Assembly (NCBI GenBank): GCA_015064205.1
Contig: SVSR01000001.1
Coordinates: 151,382 to 215,381 of the forward strand
Direction: 5' to 3'
Source: Oscillospiraceae bacterium
GTDB lineage: Bacteria > Bacillota > Clostridia > Oscillospirales > CAG-272
Length of the DNA stretch: 64,000 nt
Part shown: piece after piece, positions 50,831 to 61,530 of the stretch
Position numbering within the stretch: the first letter of the stretch is position 1
How the letters are laid out: each line of letters opens with the position of its first letter
The notes under the pieces: generated by a model
Told to the model about the DNA's origin: nothing
Seen by the model: only the letters and a program-made list of their open reading frames with translations
Database searches by the model: none
Position numbers and translations under genes: made by a program

Positions 50831-51520
50831 TTATGTGTCTATATCGCGAAGCCTTGCGTCGGGGATATACTTTTTAACAATAGAAAGAAACCTCTTCATA
50901 TCTCCCTCTGTTGCGGCTGAATTTCCGGTACTTAAAATGTCGCCCGAATCCTTGAAGGACTGCAGATAATATTTCTTCGCACCCGAGATCCAATTTCCTA
51001 TCTCGTGAAAATCTTTGTCTGTGTGAAGCTCTGCAGTAACCGTTGTGCGAAACTCAAAGTCGATATTACCTTGCATGAGAATATCAACGCTTTTGCGCAC
51101 CCGGTCAAGCATATCACTGCAACCGCACGTGAGCGCGTATTTATCAGGCGAATTTTTTATATCCATAGCAACGTAGTCAATAAGCCCGTCGTCTATAAGA
51201 CTTTTCAGTACTTCAGGATTTGAGCCGTTTGTGTCAAGCTTGACACAAAGGCCAAGCTCCTTTATTCTTTTGATAAATTCTCTTATGTCAGAATTTATCG
51301 TTGGCTCGCCGCCCGATACGCAAACGCCGTCGAGTATTTTGCGTCTTGAATTCAGAAATTCAAAGAAGTCTTCCTCGCTCATAAGCTCATCGCCCTCAAT
51401 AACGAGAGAGGCGTTATGGCAAAAAGGACATCTGAAATTGCAGTGCGGTGTGAACACCGTGCAGGCAACCTTGGTGGGATAGTCAAGAAGCGTGAGCTTC
51501 ATGAGACCGCCTATCTTCAT
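50831..51520 (-). CDS. nrdG: Anaerobic RNR activating radical-SAM enzyme
   Basis: CNFRCPFCHN, SGGEPT, KLDTNGS and EFRTT motifs. Directly upstream of nrdD. Confidence 0.92.
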   Translation of the reverse strand: MKIGGLMKLTLLDYPTKVACTVFTPHCNFRCPFCHNASLVIEGDELMSEEDFFEFLNSRRKILDGVCVSGGEPTINSDIREFIKRIKELGLCVKLDTNGSNPEVLKSLIDDGLIDYVAMDIKNSPDKYALTCGCSDMLDRVRKSVDILMQGNIDFEFRTTVTAELHTDKDFHEIGNWISGAKKYYLQSFKDSGDILSTGNSAATEGDMKRFLSIVKKYIPDARLRDIDT

Positions 51521-51557
51521 AAATGTGTCTCCGTATTTGTATTGTGCTTTTTCAAAG

Positions 51558-51604
51558 ACACGATATTTTGTGTCTGCGAGACTATTTTACACTATATCTT
51601 GTGT
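51558..51604. promoter_or_regulatory. Tandem NrdR boxes upstream of nrdG-nrdD
   Basis: ACACGATATTTTGTGT (51558-51573) and ACACTATATCTTGTGT (51589-51604), 31 bp apart as in the canonical NrdR arrangement. Confidence 0.88.
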
Positions 51605-51798
51605 TTTGTCAATAGAATTTTTCTATTTTGACACAATTTGTTAGATATGCATAAACGCAGATTTTGAGACTTTGGAAAAGCCTTGTAAAATGGGGATTTC
51701 TGCTTTTATAAGAAAAAATCATTTGTATATTTTTCATAATAAAGTGCCCGTTAAGGTAAATTATGGGGCAGAAGGATCTGTTAAAAAACAAAGCCTGA

Positions 51799-51814
51799 AC
51801 ACAACATATAGTGT
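51799..51814. promoter_or_regulatory. Third, distal NrdR-like box
   Basis: ACACAACATATAGTGT fits acaCwAtATaTwGtgt. Confidence 0.65.
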
Positions 51815-51905
51815 GTTTATTCTGTTTTTTATTATCTGCTATTGAAAAGAAACAATGCTTGTGCTATTATAAATATATAAATGTAAAAAAGAGAGGGAAA
51901 CTATA

Positions 51906-52361
51906 ATGATAAATCACACAGAGAGAGCACGCGAGCTGTTTGAGAGCGGATACAACTGTGCTCAGGCAGTCTTTGGCGCATATACTGACCTTACAGGCCT
52001 TGATATAGACACAGCCGCAAAAATAGCATCATCTTTTGGCGGAGGTATGGGCAGAATGAGGGAAGTCTGCGGAGCTGTCAGCGGAATGTTTTTAGTGCTC
52101 GGATACGTGTACGGTTACAATGATCCATGTAACAGTGAAGTCAAAATGGAACACTATAAAAGGGTGCAAAAGCTTGCAGAGGACTTTAAGGCGATACATA
52201 CAAGCATCATATGCCGTGAGCTTTTAGATGAAAAAAAGGGAGAGGCAGGTTATGTTCCTGCAGACAGAACTCCCGAGTATTATGCGTCTCGTCCTTGTAC
52301 GAGAATATGTATGGATGCTGCAGCGGTGCTTGATAAGTTTATTGAAGAAAATCCCGTGTGA
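51906..52361 (+). CDS. C-GCAxxG-C-C family putative redox-active protein
   Basis: GYNCAQAV, FGGGMG, EVCGAVSG, CREL and terminal C motifs. Confidence 0.88.
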   Translation: MINHTERARELFESGYNCAQAVFGAYTDLTGLDIDTAAKIASSFGGGMGRMREVCGAVSGMFLVLGYVYGYNDPCNSEVKMEHYKRVQKLAEDFKAIHTSIICRELLDEKKGEAGYVPADRTPEYYASRPCTRICMDAAAVLDKFIEENPV

Positions 52362-52461
52362 ATAAAAAGCCCGAAACTTTCGGGCTTTTTATTTTTTTGC
52401 TGAATTTTCACCTTTAGCAGAAGAAATACTAAAAAGGATAATAATTCACAAGGGGATTTGT

Positions 52462-53907
52462 ATGGAGATAAACAAGCTTTCAATGATTTCGGATTTCTAT
52501 GAGTTTCTGATGTGCCGCGGTTATTTTAAAAGCGGCAAAAGCATGAGATACGCTTATTTCGACCTGTTTTTCAGGCGCGTACCCGATAAGGGCGGCTTTG
52601 CCGTTGCGGCAGGGCTTGAACAGATCTGCGAGTATATAGATAATCTTCATTTTGAAAGTGATGATATTGATTTTTTGCGTGAGCGCGGTATCGACGACGA
52701 GGATTTTTTAAACTATCTTTCGAATTTCAGATTTTCGGGAGATATTTTTGCCGTGCCTGAGGGAACGGTTGTTTTTCCAAACGAGCCGATTCTCACCGTA
52801 AGAGCCCCCATTATAGAAGCACAGCTTATAGAAACGGCTCTGCTTCTTATTATCAATCACCAGTCGCTTATAGCAACTAAGGCAAGCCGTATGTCGTACG
52901 CGGCAGGCACAAAGCCCGTGCTTGAGATGGGCGCAAGACGCGCACATTCCCCCGACGCCGCTGTTTACGGCGCGCGTGCGGCATATATCGGCGGAAGCCA
53001 TGCTACGTCATGTACACTTGCGGTAAAAAAGTATAACATACCGCACGTCGGAACTATGGCACATTCGTGGGTGCAGATGTTTGACTGCGAATATGAGGCT
53101 TTTTGCGCTTATCTTAGGCAGAATCCCTATAATGCAACGCTGCTTGTTGATACCTACGACACACTTGGCAGCGGGATCCCCGCGGCAAGTGAAGCTATAC
53201 GTGATATACTGTTACCCCGCGGTATAACCAAAGCAGGGGTGAGGCTTGATTCGGGAGATATTGAGTATCTTTCAAAGAAATCGCGTGCGATGCTTGATAT
53301 GTCCGGACTCAGGGAATGTACAATTACCGTTTCAAATTCTCTTGACGAATACAAGATAAAGAGCCTTCGCGCATCAGGGGCACCGATAGACTCATACGGT
53401 GTTGGGGAGAGCCTTATATGCGCCAAAAGCGAGCCCGTTTTCGGCGGCGTATATAAGCTTGCGGCAGTAGAAGAGGGCGGAGTGTGCGTGCCTAAAATCA
53501 AATTGAGCGAAAGCGTCAGCAAGATATCCGTACCGGGCGCAAAAAAGGTGCTCAGGTATTATGACACAGACGGCAAAGCGCTGGCGGACGAAATATTGCT
53601 TTCAGACGAAACAGTTCCGTACGGCGCGCATACGATATTTGATCCGGAGGCGACCTGGAAGACCAAAACCCTTATAAACTATAACGTGCGAGAGCTTCTT
53701 GTACCTATATATATAAATGGGGAAAGAATATACGAGCTTCCCGACATTTCAAGTATAAAAAGCTATTGCGAGAAAGAAAAATCGAGCCTGTGGAGCGAGA
53801 TAAGACGGCTTGACTCTCCGCATATATATTACGTTGATCTGTCCGAGAGGCTCTGGACGCTCAAAAGAAGAATGACGGGCCAGCGCAGAAGCGAGTTCTT
53901 TATATGA
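52462..53907 (+). CDS. pncB: Nicotinate phosphoribosyltransferase
   Basis: SDFYE, LIATKA, GARRAH, GTMAHSW, LVDTYD, RLDSGD and GVYKL motifs. Confidence 0.92.
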   Translation: MEINKLSMISDFYEFLMCRGYFKSGKSMRYAYFDLFFRRVPDKGGFAVAAGLEQICEYIDNLHFESDDIDFLRERGIDDEDFLNYLSNFRFSGDIFAVPEGTVVFPNEPILTVRAPIIEAQLIETALLLIINHQSLIATKASRMSYAAGTKPVLEMGARRAHSPDAAVYGARAAYIGGSHATSCTLAVKKYNIPHVGTMAHSWVQMFDCEYEAFCAYLRQNPYNATLLVDTYDTLGSGIPAASEAIRDILLPRGITKAGVRLDSGDIEYLSKKSRAMLDMSGLRECTITVSNSLDEYKIKSLRASGAPIDSYGVGESLICAKSEPVFGGVYKLAAVEEGGVCVPKIKLSESVSKISVPGAKKVLRYYDTDGKALADEILLSDETVPYGAHTIFDPEATWKTKTLINYNVRELLVPIYINGERIYELPDISSIKSYCEKEKSSLWSEIRRLDSPHIYYVDLSERLWTLKRRMTGQRRSEFFI

Positions 53908-53970
53908 CAAAAGCCTTACAAGTCGGGCAAAGCTATTGACAATCGGGTAGGCTTTTGGTATAATATAACT

Positions 53971-53984
53971 CGAACATTTGTTCG
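53971..53984. promoter_or_regulatory. LexA box at the uvrB promoter
   Basis: CGAACATTTGTTCG just downstream of TTGACA-N17-TATAAT. Confidence 0.9.
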
Positions 53985-54009
53985 AAACTCACGAAAAAGA
54001 GGGATTGTT

Positions 54010-56046
54010 GTGGATAAATTCAAGCTTGTATCATCCTATGAGCCGACGGGAGACCAGCCCGAGGCGATAGAAAAGATCTGCGACGGTATTAACAGCGGTA
54101 TGAAGGCGCAAACGCTTCTTGGCGTAACGGGTTCGGGTAAGACCTTTACGATGGCAAACATTATTGCGAAATGTAACAGACCCACCCTTGTGCTTGCTCA
54201 CAATAAAACCCTCGCCGCTCAGCTTTGCTCTGAGTTCCGTGAGTTCTTTCCCGAAAATGCGGTTGAATTTTTCGTCTCATATTACGATTACTATCAGCCT
54301 GAGGCATACGTGCCGGGCAAGGATATGTATATTGAAAAGGATAGCTCTATAAATGATGAAATAGATATGCTAAGGCATAGCGCGACGAGCTCTCTTTTTG
54401 AAAGACGCGACGTGATAATCGTTTCGAGCGTATCGTGTATATATTCGCTTGGTGACCCGTCAGAATACAGTAAAATGGTAATTTCGCTTCGCCCGGGTAT
54501 GCTTATGGACAGAAACGAGTTTATAAGACAGCTTATCTCGATGAGCTATGAGCGCAACGACCTTAATTTTGTCAGAGATAAGTTCAGAGTACGCGGCGAC
54601 GTTGTTGAGGTATTCCCGGCGTCAAGCTCACAGAAGGCTATAAGGGTTGAGTTTTTCGGCGATGAGATAGAGAGAGTAAGTGAGATAAACACCCTTACGG
54701 GAGAGCTTATCCGTGTGCTTTCCTTTGCGATGCTTTTCCCTGCAACGCACTATGCTGTAACCGACGAGAGAAGAGAAGCCGCGATCAAGGAGATAGAAGC
54801 AGAGCTTGAGGAGCGAATAGCATTCTTTAAAAATAACGGCAAATTTCTTGAAGCGCAGAGAATAGAAGAGCGAACGAGATACGATATAGAGATGCTTCGC
54901 GAGATAGGCTTTTGCTCGGGAGTTGAAAATTATTCAAGAGTAATGTCGGGAAGAGCGCCCGGCTCAACGCCGTATACACTTCTTGACTTTTTCCCGAAGG
55001 ATTTTCTTTTGTTTGTTGACGAGTCTCACGTTACGCTTCCTCAGGTCAAGGGTATGAGCAGAGGCGACCGCGCAAGAAAGGAAAATCTCGTAGAATACGG
55101 CTTCAGACTTGAATCTGCATACGATAACAGACCTCTTTTCTTTGATGAGTTTGAATCAAAAATAGGGCAGACTGTGTTTGTAAGCGCAACACCTCAGGAT
55201 TATGAAAAAGAGCACTCCACTCAGATAGCAGAGCAGATAATAAGACCGACGGGACTCGTTGACCCTGAGGTTGAAGTGCGCCCTGTAAAGGGTCAGATAG
55301 ACGATCTTATAGGCGAGATACATCAGCGGGAGGCGAGAGGAGAGAGAGTACTCGTTACAACGCTGACCAAAAAGATGGCAGAGGACCTGACCGAGTATCT
55401 TGAAGATAATCAGATAAAGGTAAAGTATATTCACCATAATATAGATACGATGGAGCGAATGGAGATAATCCGCGACCTCAGACTTGGTAAATTCGACGTG
55501 CTTGTCGGAATCAACCTGCTTCGAGAGGGACTTGACATACCCGAGGTGTCGCTCGTTGCGATAATAGACGCAGATAAAGAGGGCTTTTTAAGGAGCGAAA
55601 CCTCGCTTGTGCAAACTATAGGACGAGCGGCTCGTAATGCCGAAGGCAAGGTTATAATGTATGCCGATACAATAACCGGCTCTATGCAAAGGGCGATAGA
55701 CGAAACGAACCGCCGCCGCAAGATACAGATAGCATATAATGAGGCTCACGGAATAACGCCGCAGACTATAAAGAAGAGCGTGCGCGATCTTATAGAAATA
55801 GGAATTTCGCAGGAAAAGGATTCTGTTAACGAAAAGATACGAGAAATCGGCAGATCAAAGAAAAAGCTTTCTCGTGCCGAGTGCGAGAAGCTTATTGCGG
55901 CGCTGACAGGCGAGATGAAGCTTGCGGCCAAAACTCTTGATTTTGAGCGTGCCGCAGTTCTCAGAGATAAGATCGCATACTTAAAAGGCGATAAAAGAGA
56001 GGAGGATGAAAAATGGCAGAGCTTAGCCTCAGAGGAGTCAGAGTAA
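54010..56046 (+). CDS. uvrB: Excinuclease ABC subunit B
   Basis: [30 protein letters not shown] and QTIGRAARN motifs, C-terminal UVR domain. Confidence 0.97.
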   Translation: MDKFKLVSSYEPTGDQPEAIEKICDGINSGMKAQTLLGVTGSGKTFTMANIIAKCNRPTLVLAHNKTLAAQLCSEFREFFPENAVEFFVSYYDYYQPEAYVPGKDMYIEKDSSINDEIDMLRHSATSSLFERRDVIIVSSVSCIYSLGDPSEYSKMVISLRPGMLMDRNEFIRQLISMSYERNDLNFVRDKFRVRGDVVEVFPASSSQKAIRVEFFGDEIERVSEINTLTGELIRVLSFAMLFPATHYAVTDERREAAIKEIEAELEERIAFFKNNGKFLEAQRIEERTRYDIEMLREIGFCSGVENYSRVMSGRAPGSTPYTLLDFFPKDFLLFVDESHVTLPQVKGMSRGDRARKENLVEYGFRLESAYDNRPLFFDEFESKIGQTVFVSATPQDYEKEHSTQIAEQIIRPTGLVDPEVEVRPVKGQIDDLIGEIHQREARGERVLVTTLTKKMAEDLTEYLEDNQIKVKYIHHNIDTMERMEIIRDLRLGKFDVLVGINLLREGLDIPEVSLVAIIDADKEGFLRSETSLVQTIGRAARNAEGKVIMYADTITGSMQRAIDETNRRRKIQIAYNEAHGITPQTIKKSVRDLIEIGISQEKDSVNEKIREIGRSKKKLSRAECEKLIAALTGEMKLAAKTLDFERAAVLRDKIAYLKGDKREEDEKWQSLASEESE

Positions 56047-58850
56047 ATAATTTAAAGAATATCGACATAAAGATACCGAGAGACAAGCTTGTCGTATTCA
56101 CGGGTCTTTCGGGCTCGGGAAAATCCTCGCTTGCTTTTGATACAATATACGCCGAGGGCCACAGGCGATTCGTTGAATCCCTCTCGTCGTATGCAAGAAT
56201 GTTTATAGGCCAGCTTGACAAGCCGGATATTGATTCTGTTGAGGGGCTTTCCCCCGCAATCTCTATAGATCAGAAGACTACGTCTAAAAACCCCCGTTCA
56301 ACCGTTGGAACGGTTACCGAAATATACGATTATCTCAGGCTTTTGTACGCGCGTATTGGTATACCTCACTGTCCTATATGCCGCAGAGAGATAAAGATGC
56401 AGACGACGGACGAGATAATCGAGCGCATACTTAAAATCGAAGAGGGAAGCCGTTTTTTAGTGCTTGCTCCAGTTGTCAAGGCTCAGAAGGGACGTCACGA
56501 AAAGGTTTTTGCAGATGCCAAAAAGAAGGGTTACGTGCGCGTTCGTGTTGACTCTAACATGTATGAGCTTGAGGAAGAAATAATCCTTGATAAAAACAAA
56601 AAGCATAATATAGAAATTGTTGTTGACCGTCTTGTTATGCGCGATGACATGCGCTCGCGCCTTGCCGACTCTGTTGAGGCAGCTCTGTCTATTGCAGACG
56701 GAAACGTACTTATATCAGTTCTTGCACGTGACGGCGGCGAGGGCGAGGAGCTTTCATTCTCGCAAAGCTATGCCTGCCCAGAGCACGGAATAAGTCTCGG
56801 CGAGCTTTCTCCACGTATGTTTTCCTTCAACAATCCGCAGGGAGCATGCCCCGACTGTGCGGGACTTGGCGAAATGAGCGTTATTTCTCCGTATAAGATA
56901 ATACCCGATAAGAATCTCACGCTTCGAGAGGGAGCGATACAGGTAAACGGCTTTAAAACGATAGACGAGTTTACGTGGAACGGACCTGTTATAATTGCGG
57001 CAGGCAAAAAGCACGGCTTTGATATTGATACGCCAATAAAGGAGCTTGCAGACGAAGCCTATAACAAGCTTTTGTACGGCACGGGCAGTGAAACATATTT
57101 TGTCACGAGATATTTTGACGGTGTAGCGCATGAAAAAAGCGTTACTTATGACGGTATTGTCAACATAATACAACAACGCTTTAACGCCTCCGGTCAAGAA
57201 TACTATCAAGATTTCGTGGAGTTTGTGGAGTGCCCCAGATGTAAAGGAAGCAGACTTAACGATAATTCCTTATCGGTTACGGTGGGTTCAAAGAATATAG
57301 ATGAATTCTGCCGCCAGTCTGTCAGCACGGCGCTTGATTTTGTGGAAAATCTTACGCTCACGCCAACAGAAGAGATAATAGCAAAAGAGATAATAAAGGA
57401 AATAAAATCAAGACTCGGATTTTTAAAGAGCGTCGGACTTGAATATCTCACTCTTTCAAGAAAGGCGGGTACGCTTTCGGGCGGAGAGGCGCAGAGGATC
57501 AGGCTTGCAACGCAGATAGGCTCGGCACTTATGGGTGTGTTGTATATACTTGACGAGCCGAGCATAGGACTTCACCAGAGGGATAACAGCAAGCTTATTG
57601 CGACTCTCAAAAGGCTCAGAGATATAGGGAACAGTCTTATCGTAGTTGAGCATGACGAGGAGACTATTGAGGCGTCAGACTATGTTGTTGATATAGGTCC
57701 CGGCGCCGGTATACACGGCGGCGAGGTGATAGCTGCAGGAACGCCTGATGAGATCAAAAACAACCCGGCATCAATAACGGGCGCATTTCTTTCAGGGCGC
57801 GACAGCATTTCTGTACCCAAGGAGCGCCGTGCGGGTAACGGTAACAAGCTTAAAATTGTCGGAGCCGCGCAGAATAACCTTAAAAACATAAACGTGGAAA
57901 TACCGCTTGGCATGTTCGTATGTGTAACGGGTGTATCGGGCTCGGGCAAGTCATCGCTTATAAATTCAATACTTTTAAACAAGCTTGCACATGATTTAAA
58001 CCGTGCGGTAACATACCCCGGCAAGCACGAGAGCATAGAGGGCATCGAGCATCTCGATAAGGTCATAGCAATAGACCAGAGCCCTATCGGACGCACACCG
58101 CGTTCAAATCCGGCAACGTATACCGGACTTTTTACAGATATACGTGAGCTTTTCGCAAAAACGGCAGATGCAAAAATGCGCGGATACACATCGGGAAGAT
58201 TCTCCTTTAACGTAAAGGGCGGAAGGTGCGAGGCGTGCGAGGGCGATGGTGTTAAGAGGATAGAAATGCACTTCTTGCCAGATGTTTTCGTAACGTGTGA
58301 CGTATGTAAGGGAAAGAGATACAATCACGACACGCTTGAGGTAAAGTATAAGGGCAAGAGTATATTTGACGTTCTCGATATGACTGTGGACGAGGGAGTA
58401 GACTTTTTCTCAAGTCTGCCGAGAATATCAAGAAAACTTAAAACGCTTCAGGACGTAGGGCTTGGCTATATCAAGATAGGTCAGTCGTCAACAACTTTGT
58501 CGGGCGGAGAAGCGCAGAGAGTAAAGCTTTCAACAGAGCTTTCAAAACGCTCAACGGGCAAGACGGTATATATTCTTGACGAGCCTACAACAGGACTGCA
58601 TATGGCAGATGTAAAGAAGCTTCTTGAGGTTCTTCAGCGACTTGTCGATGCAGGAAACAGCATTATAGTCATCGAGCATAATCTTGACGTTATCAAGAGC
58701 GCCGACTATATAATAGACCTCGGACCCGAGGGCGGAGATGGGGGCGGGACGCTTGTGGCATCGGGAACACCCGAAGAGGTAGCCAAGTGTAAAAAATCAT
58801 ATACGGGCCAATATATCAAGACCTGCCTTGAAAAGGGTAAAAAGAAATAA
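56013..58850 (+). CDS. uvrA: Excinuclease ABC subunit A
   Basis: Two ABC cassettes ([24 protein letters not shown] twice) and Zn fingers. Confidence 0.97.
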   Translation: MAELSLRGVRVNNLKNIDIKIPRDKLVVFTGLSGSGKSSLAFDTIYAEGHRRFVESLSSYARMFIGQLDKPDIDSVEGLSPAISIDQKTTSKNPRSTVGTVTEIYDYLRLLYARIGIPHCPICRREIKMQTTDEIIERILKIEEGSRFLVLAPVVKAQKGRHEKVFADAKKKGYVRVRVDSNMYELEEEIILDKNKKHNIEIVVDRLVMRDDMRSRLADSVEAALSIADGNVLISVLARDGGEGEELSFSQSYACPEHGISLGELSPRMFSFNNPQGACPDCAGLGEMSVISPYKIIPDKNLTLREGAIQVNGFKTIDEFTWNGPVIIAAGKKHGFDIDTPIKELADEAYNKLLYGTGSETYFVTRYFDGVAHEKSVTYDGIVNIIQQRFNASGQEYYQDFVEFVECPRCKGSRLNDNSLSVTVGSKNIDEFCRQSVSTALDFVENLTLTPTEEIIAKEIIKEIKSRLGFLKSVGLEYLTLSRKAGTLSGGEAQRIRLATQIGSALMGVLYILDEPSIGLHQRDNSKLIATLKRLRDIGNSLIVVEHDEETIEASDYVVDIGPGAGIHGGEVIAAGTPDEIKNNPASITGAFLSGRDSISVPKERRAGNGNKLKIVGAAQNNLKNINVEIPLGMFVCVTGVSGSGKSSLINSILLNKLAHDLNRAVTYPGKHESIEGIEHLDKVIAIDQSPIGRTPRSNPATYTGLFTDIRELFAKTADAKMRGYTSGRFSFNVKGGRCEACEGDGVKRIEMHFLPDVFVTCDVCKGKRYNHDTLEVKYKGKSIFDVLDMTVDEGVDFFSSLPRISRKLKTLQDVGLGYIKIGQSSTTLSGGEAQRVKLSTELSKRSTGKTVYILDEPTTGLHMADVKKLLEVLQRLVDAGNSIIVIEHNLDVIKSADYIIDLGPEGGDGGGTLVASGTPEEVAKCKKSYTGQYIKTCLEKGKKK

Positions 58851-58888
58851 AGAAAAGCACCACAAACGTGGTGCTTTTTGTATGATGC

Positions 58889-60292
58889 TTACGCATTAAA
58901 TAGAGCGAGAATAGCCTTATGAGCCATATAAACGTCGAGCTTTGCAATAACTTCAGCAGGCGCGTGCATTGAAAGTACTGGTACACCAAGGTCGATAACG
59001 TCAATATTGAGGTTGGCAATATATGCTGCAACAGTTCCGCCCCCGCCCTGGTCTATTTTGCCAAGCTCGGCTATCTGCCAGCATACGCCCCTGTCTTCAA
59101 ATATGCTTCTTATATAGCCGAGGAATTCAGCCGAAGCATCGGAAGTGCCGCTTTTACCGCGTGCGCCCGTGTACTTTGATATTACAACGCCGTGGTTTAT
59201 AAACGCAGAGTTTCTCTTTTCAAATACTTCGGGGTAATTTGGGTCAAAAGCAACGTTAACGTCTGCAGAAAGGCACTTGGAATTTGCTCTGACAACAACG
59301 GGATCTCCGCCGAGCTCCTTTGCGATGCTTTCTATAAGATCGCGCAAAATTGCCGATTTCATACCCGTGTTACCGTCGCTGCCCGTTTCTTCTTTATCGG
59401 CAAGTATTGTCATTACGGTATGCTTGCCTGTGCAGCTATCATCAAAAATAGCCGTAAGAGCAGGATATGCGCAAACTCTGTCGTCGTGTCCGTATGCGGC
59501 GATCATGGATCTGTCAAGTCCGCAGTCGCGTGCCTTTAAGGCAGGAACAGCCGAAAGCTCTGCCGAGATAAGATCGGCTTCGCAAATGCCGTATTTTTCA
59601 TTGAGTATCGAAAGAATATTAAGCTTTATTTTGTCTGCAACCTCTTTGTCGGGGTAGGGCTTGCTTCCTGCAAGCAGATTGAGGGATTCGCCCTCAACAC
59701 CGAGAGCAAGCGTTTTCTGATTCTGAGTTTGTGCAAGGTGAGGCGGAAGATCGTTTATATAGAAAACGGGATCGTTCTCATCTTCGCCTATTGTGATATC
59801 AACAACGCTGTTATCGCGAAGAATAACGCTTCCGTGAAGAGCAAGAGGCGTTGCCGTCCACTGATACTTTTTGATACCGCCGTAATAGTGTGTCTTTAAA
59901 AAGCCCATCTCAGCGTCCTCGTAAACTGGGCGCGGCTTTAGATCAAGTCTTGGAGAATCTATATGCGCCGCGGCGATACGGATACCGTTTTCAATATCCT
60001 CGCTTCCTACTTTGAAGAGAAAAAGGCTCTTTCCTCGGTTGTTATAATAGTATTTACCGCCAACCTCAAGCTTTGTTTTGTGAGTGTATTCAACAAAGCC
60101 GTTATCTTTTGCCATTGATACTGCAAGTGTTACTGCCTTGCGCTCTGTCTTTGCTTTGTCAAGAAAGCTCTTGTAGCCCTCAGAATAAGAATGGGCCTTG
60201 TCTTCTTCGCTTTTCTCAATTTTGTCAAAGGTGTTTTCCGATTTGTAGGTAAGCTTTTCAGCAAGCAGCTGTCCCTTTGTTTTTTCGCTCAT
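58889..60292 (-). CDS. M18-family aminopeptidase
   Basis: AHIDSPRLD, HYYGGIKKYQW, GHDDR, KEETGS and LSMHAP motifs. Confidence 0.92.
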   Translation of the reverse strand: MSEKTKGQLLAEKLTYKSENTFDKIEKSEEDKAHSYSEGYKSFLDKAKTERKAVTLAVSMAKDNGFVEYTHKTKLEVGGKYYYNNRGKSLFLFKVGSEDIENGIRIAAAHIDSPRLDLKPRPVYEDAEMGFLKTHYYGGIKKYQWTATPLALHGSVILRDNSVVDITIGEDENDPVFYINDLPPHLAQTQNQKTLALGVEGESLNLLAGSKPYPDKEVADKIKLNILSILNEKYGICEADLISAELSAVPALKARDCGLDRSMIAAYGHDDRVCAYPALTAIFDDSCTGKHTVMTILADKEETGSDGNTGMKSAILRDLIESIAKELGGDPVVVRANSKCLSADVNVAFDPNYPEVFEKRNSAFINHGVVISKYTGARGKSGTSDASAEFLGYIRSIFEDRGVCWQIAELGKIDQGGGGTVAAYIANLNIDVIDLGVPVLSMHAPAEVIAKLDVYMAHKAILALFNA

Positions 60293-60297
60293 TTTTG

Positions 60298-60879
60298 TTA
60301 CTCCTCGTTGTATATTTGTTTATATTTGATTATAGTGTTTCCAACTTTATCTACGTAATTTCTCGTTTCCGAAAAAGGAATATACGTAAGCGTTATACCG
60401 TCTGAATACGCCGGGTCTTCAAGCCAACCCGAAACGCGGTTCATTCCTGCGTTGTATGCGGCAAATACAGTATCCCAGTTTCCGAATTTTTTATAAAGGT
60501 AAGATAGAAAATACGTTCCGAAATCAATGTTTGTTCTAATATCGTCAAGTTCACGCGTTTTTTCTTCGCCGCGCAGATATAAAAGCCAATCGTACGTGTC
60601 GGGAGTTATCTGCATAAGGCCGATGGCACCTGCAGAAGACCTGGCTTGAGGGTCAAATCCGCTTTCGGTGTGTATGACCGAATAAATTATATTACAATCT
60701 ATGCCGTATTTTTCCGAATACATTTCAACGTACTGTTCGTATTTTTTAGGATACATAAGCTTGCTTTGCCGCTCTATAAGCTCCCCCGCAATAAAGTATA
60801 TTGCCGCAGAAATAATTATAAACAGTATGAGCGTGACGATAAACGGACGCTTATTTTTCGATTTTTTTGATTTAGCCAT
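60298..60879 (-). CDS. Lytic transglycosylase (SLT domain)
   Basis: One TM segment, then TESGF, GAIGLMQI, AAYNAG and ETRNYV motifs. Confidence 0.9.
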   Translation of the reverse strand: MAKSKKSKNKRPFIVTLILFIIISAAIYFIAGELIERQSKLMYPKKYEQYVEMYSEKYGIDCNIIYSVIHTESGFDPQARSSAGAIGLMQITPDTYDWLLYLRGEEKTRELDDIRTNIDFGTYFLSYLYKKFGNWDTVFAAYNAGMNRVSGWLEDPAYSDGITLTYIPFSETRNYVDKVGNTIIKYKQIYNEE

Positions 60880-60895
60880 ATACTATGCCTTTATA

Positions 60896-61516
60896 TCATG
60901 ACGTTGGAATGATGCCTTCTGCAAGAGCTTTTATACAGTCAAGGGAGAGTTCTTCAAGAGCTTGCCTGTCACCGTTGTTCGAAAAAACAACAGAGCAGTG
61001 CTTTTTTAAATACTCATCGTCCTTCTGAAGCCCTGCGCGCTTTTTTGCAAGCTCTGTGTCTATATTATCGCGCTGTATTATGCGCCTGATACGAAGCTCT
61101 TTGTCTGCGGTCACGCCGATTATATAGTCGCATTTCTTATCATATCCCGATTCAAATAAAACGGGCGCGTCTATAACGGCGGCTTTTGCGCCTGATGCAC
61201 GCTGATCTTCAAGCCACTTATCCGCATATGCAAGTATATATTTGTGCGTTATAGCATTAAGCTTTTCAAGCAAAGCATCGTTTTTTTCTATACTAAACAC
61301 TTTTTTGGCAAGAGCCTTGCGGTCAAGCGAGCCGTCCTTAAGAAGTATATCCTCGCCGAACTCTTTTGCAAGCTCGAGAGTACACGGCATGCCCGGCTTG
61401 CACACGAGGCGCGATACGAGATCGGTATCAAGACAGTGTATGCCATATTTTTCAAATATTTCGCAAAGTGCGCCTTTGCCTGCGCCGGTTGCTCCCGTTA
61501 ATCCTACCGTTAACAT
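60896..61516 (-). CDS. coaE: Dephospho-CoA kinase
   Basis: GLTGATGAGKG, LDRKAL, NAITH and DAPVLFE motifs. Confidence 0.92.
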   Translation of the reverse strand: MLTVGLTGATGAGKGALCEIFEKYGIHCLDTDLVSRLVCKPGMPCTLELAKEFGEDILLKDGSLDRKALAKKVFSIEKNDALLEKLNAITHKYILAYADKWLEDQRASGAKAAVIDAPVLFESGYDKKCDYIIGVTADKELRIRRIIQRDNIDTELAKKRAGLQKDDEYLKKHCSVVFSNNGDRQALEELSLDCIKALAEGIIPTS

Positions 61517-61530
61517 AGATCTGTACTGCC

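Noticed and set aside
56013-56046. uvrB/uvrA 34-nt overlap as a frameshift or fusion signal
   Set aside because: Both genes are intact and uvrA has its own GGAGG RBS; an ordinary operon overlap.
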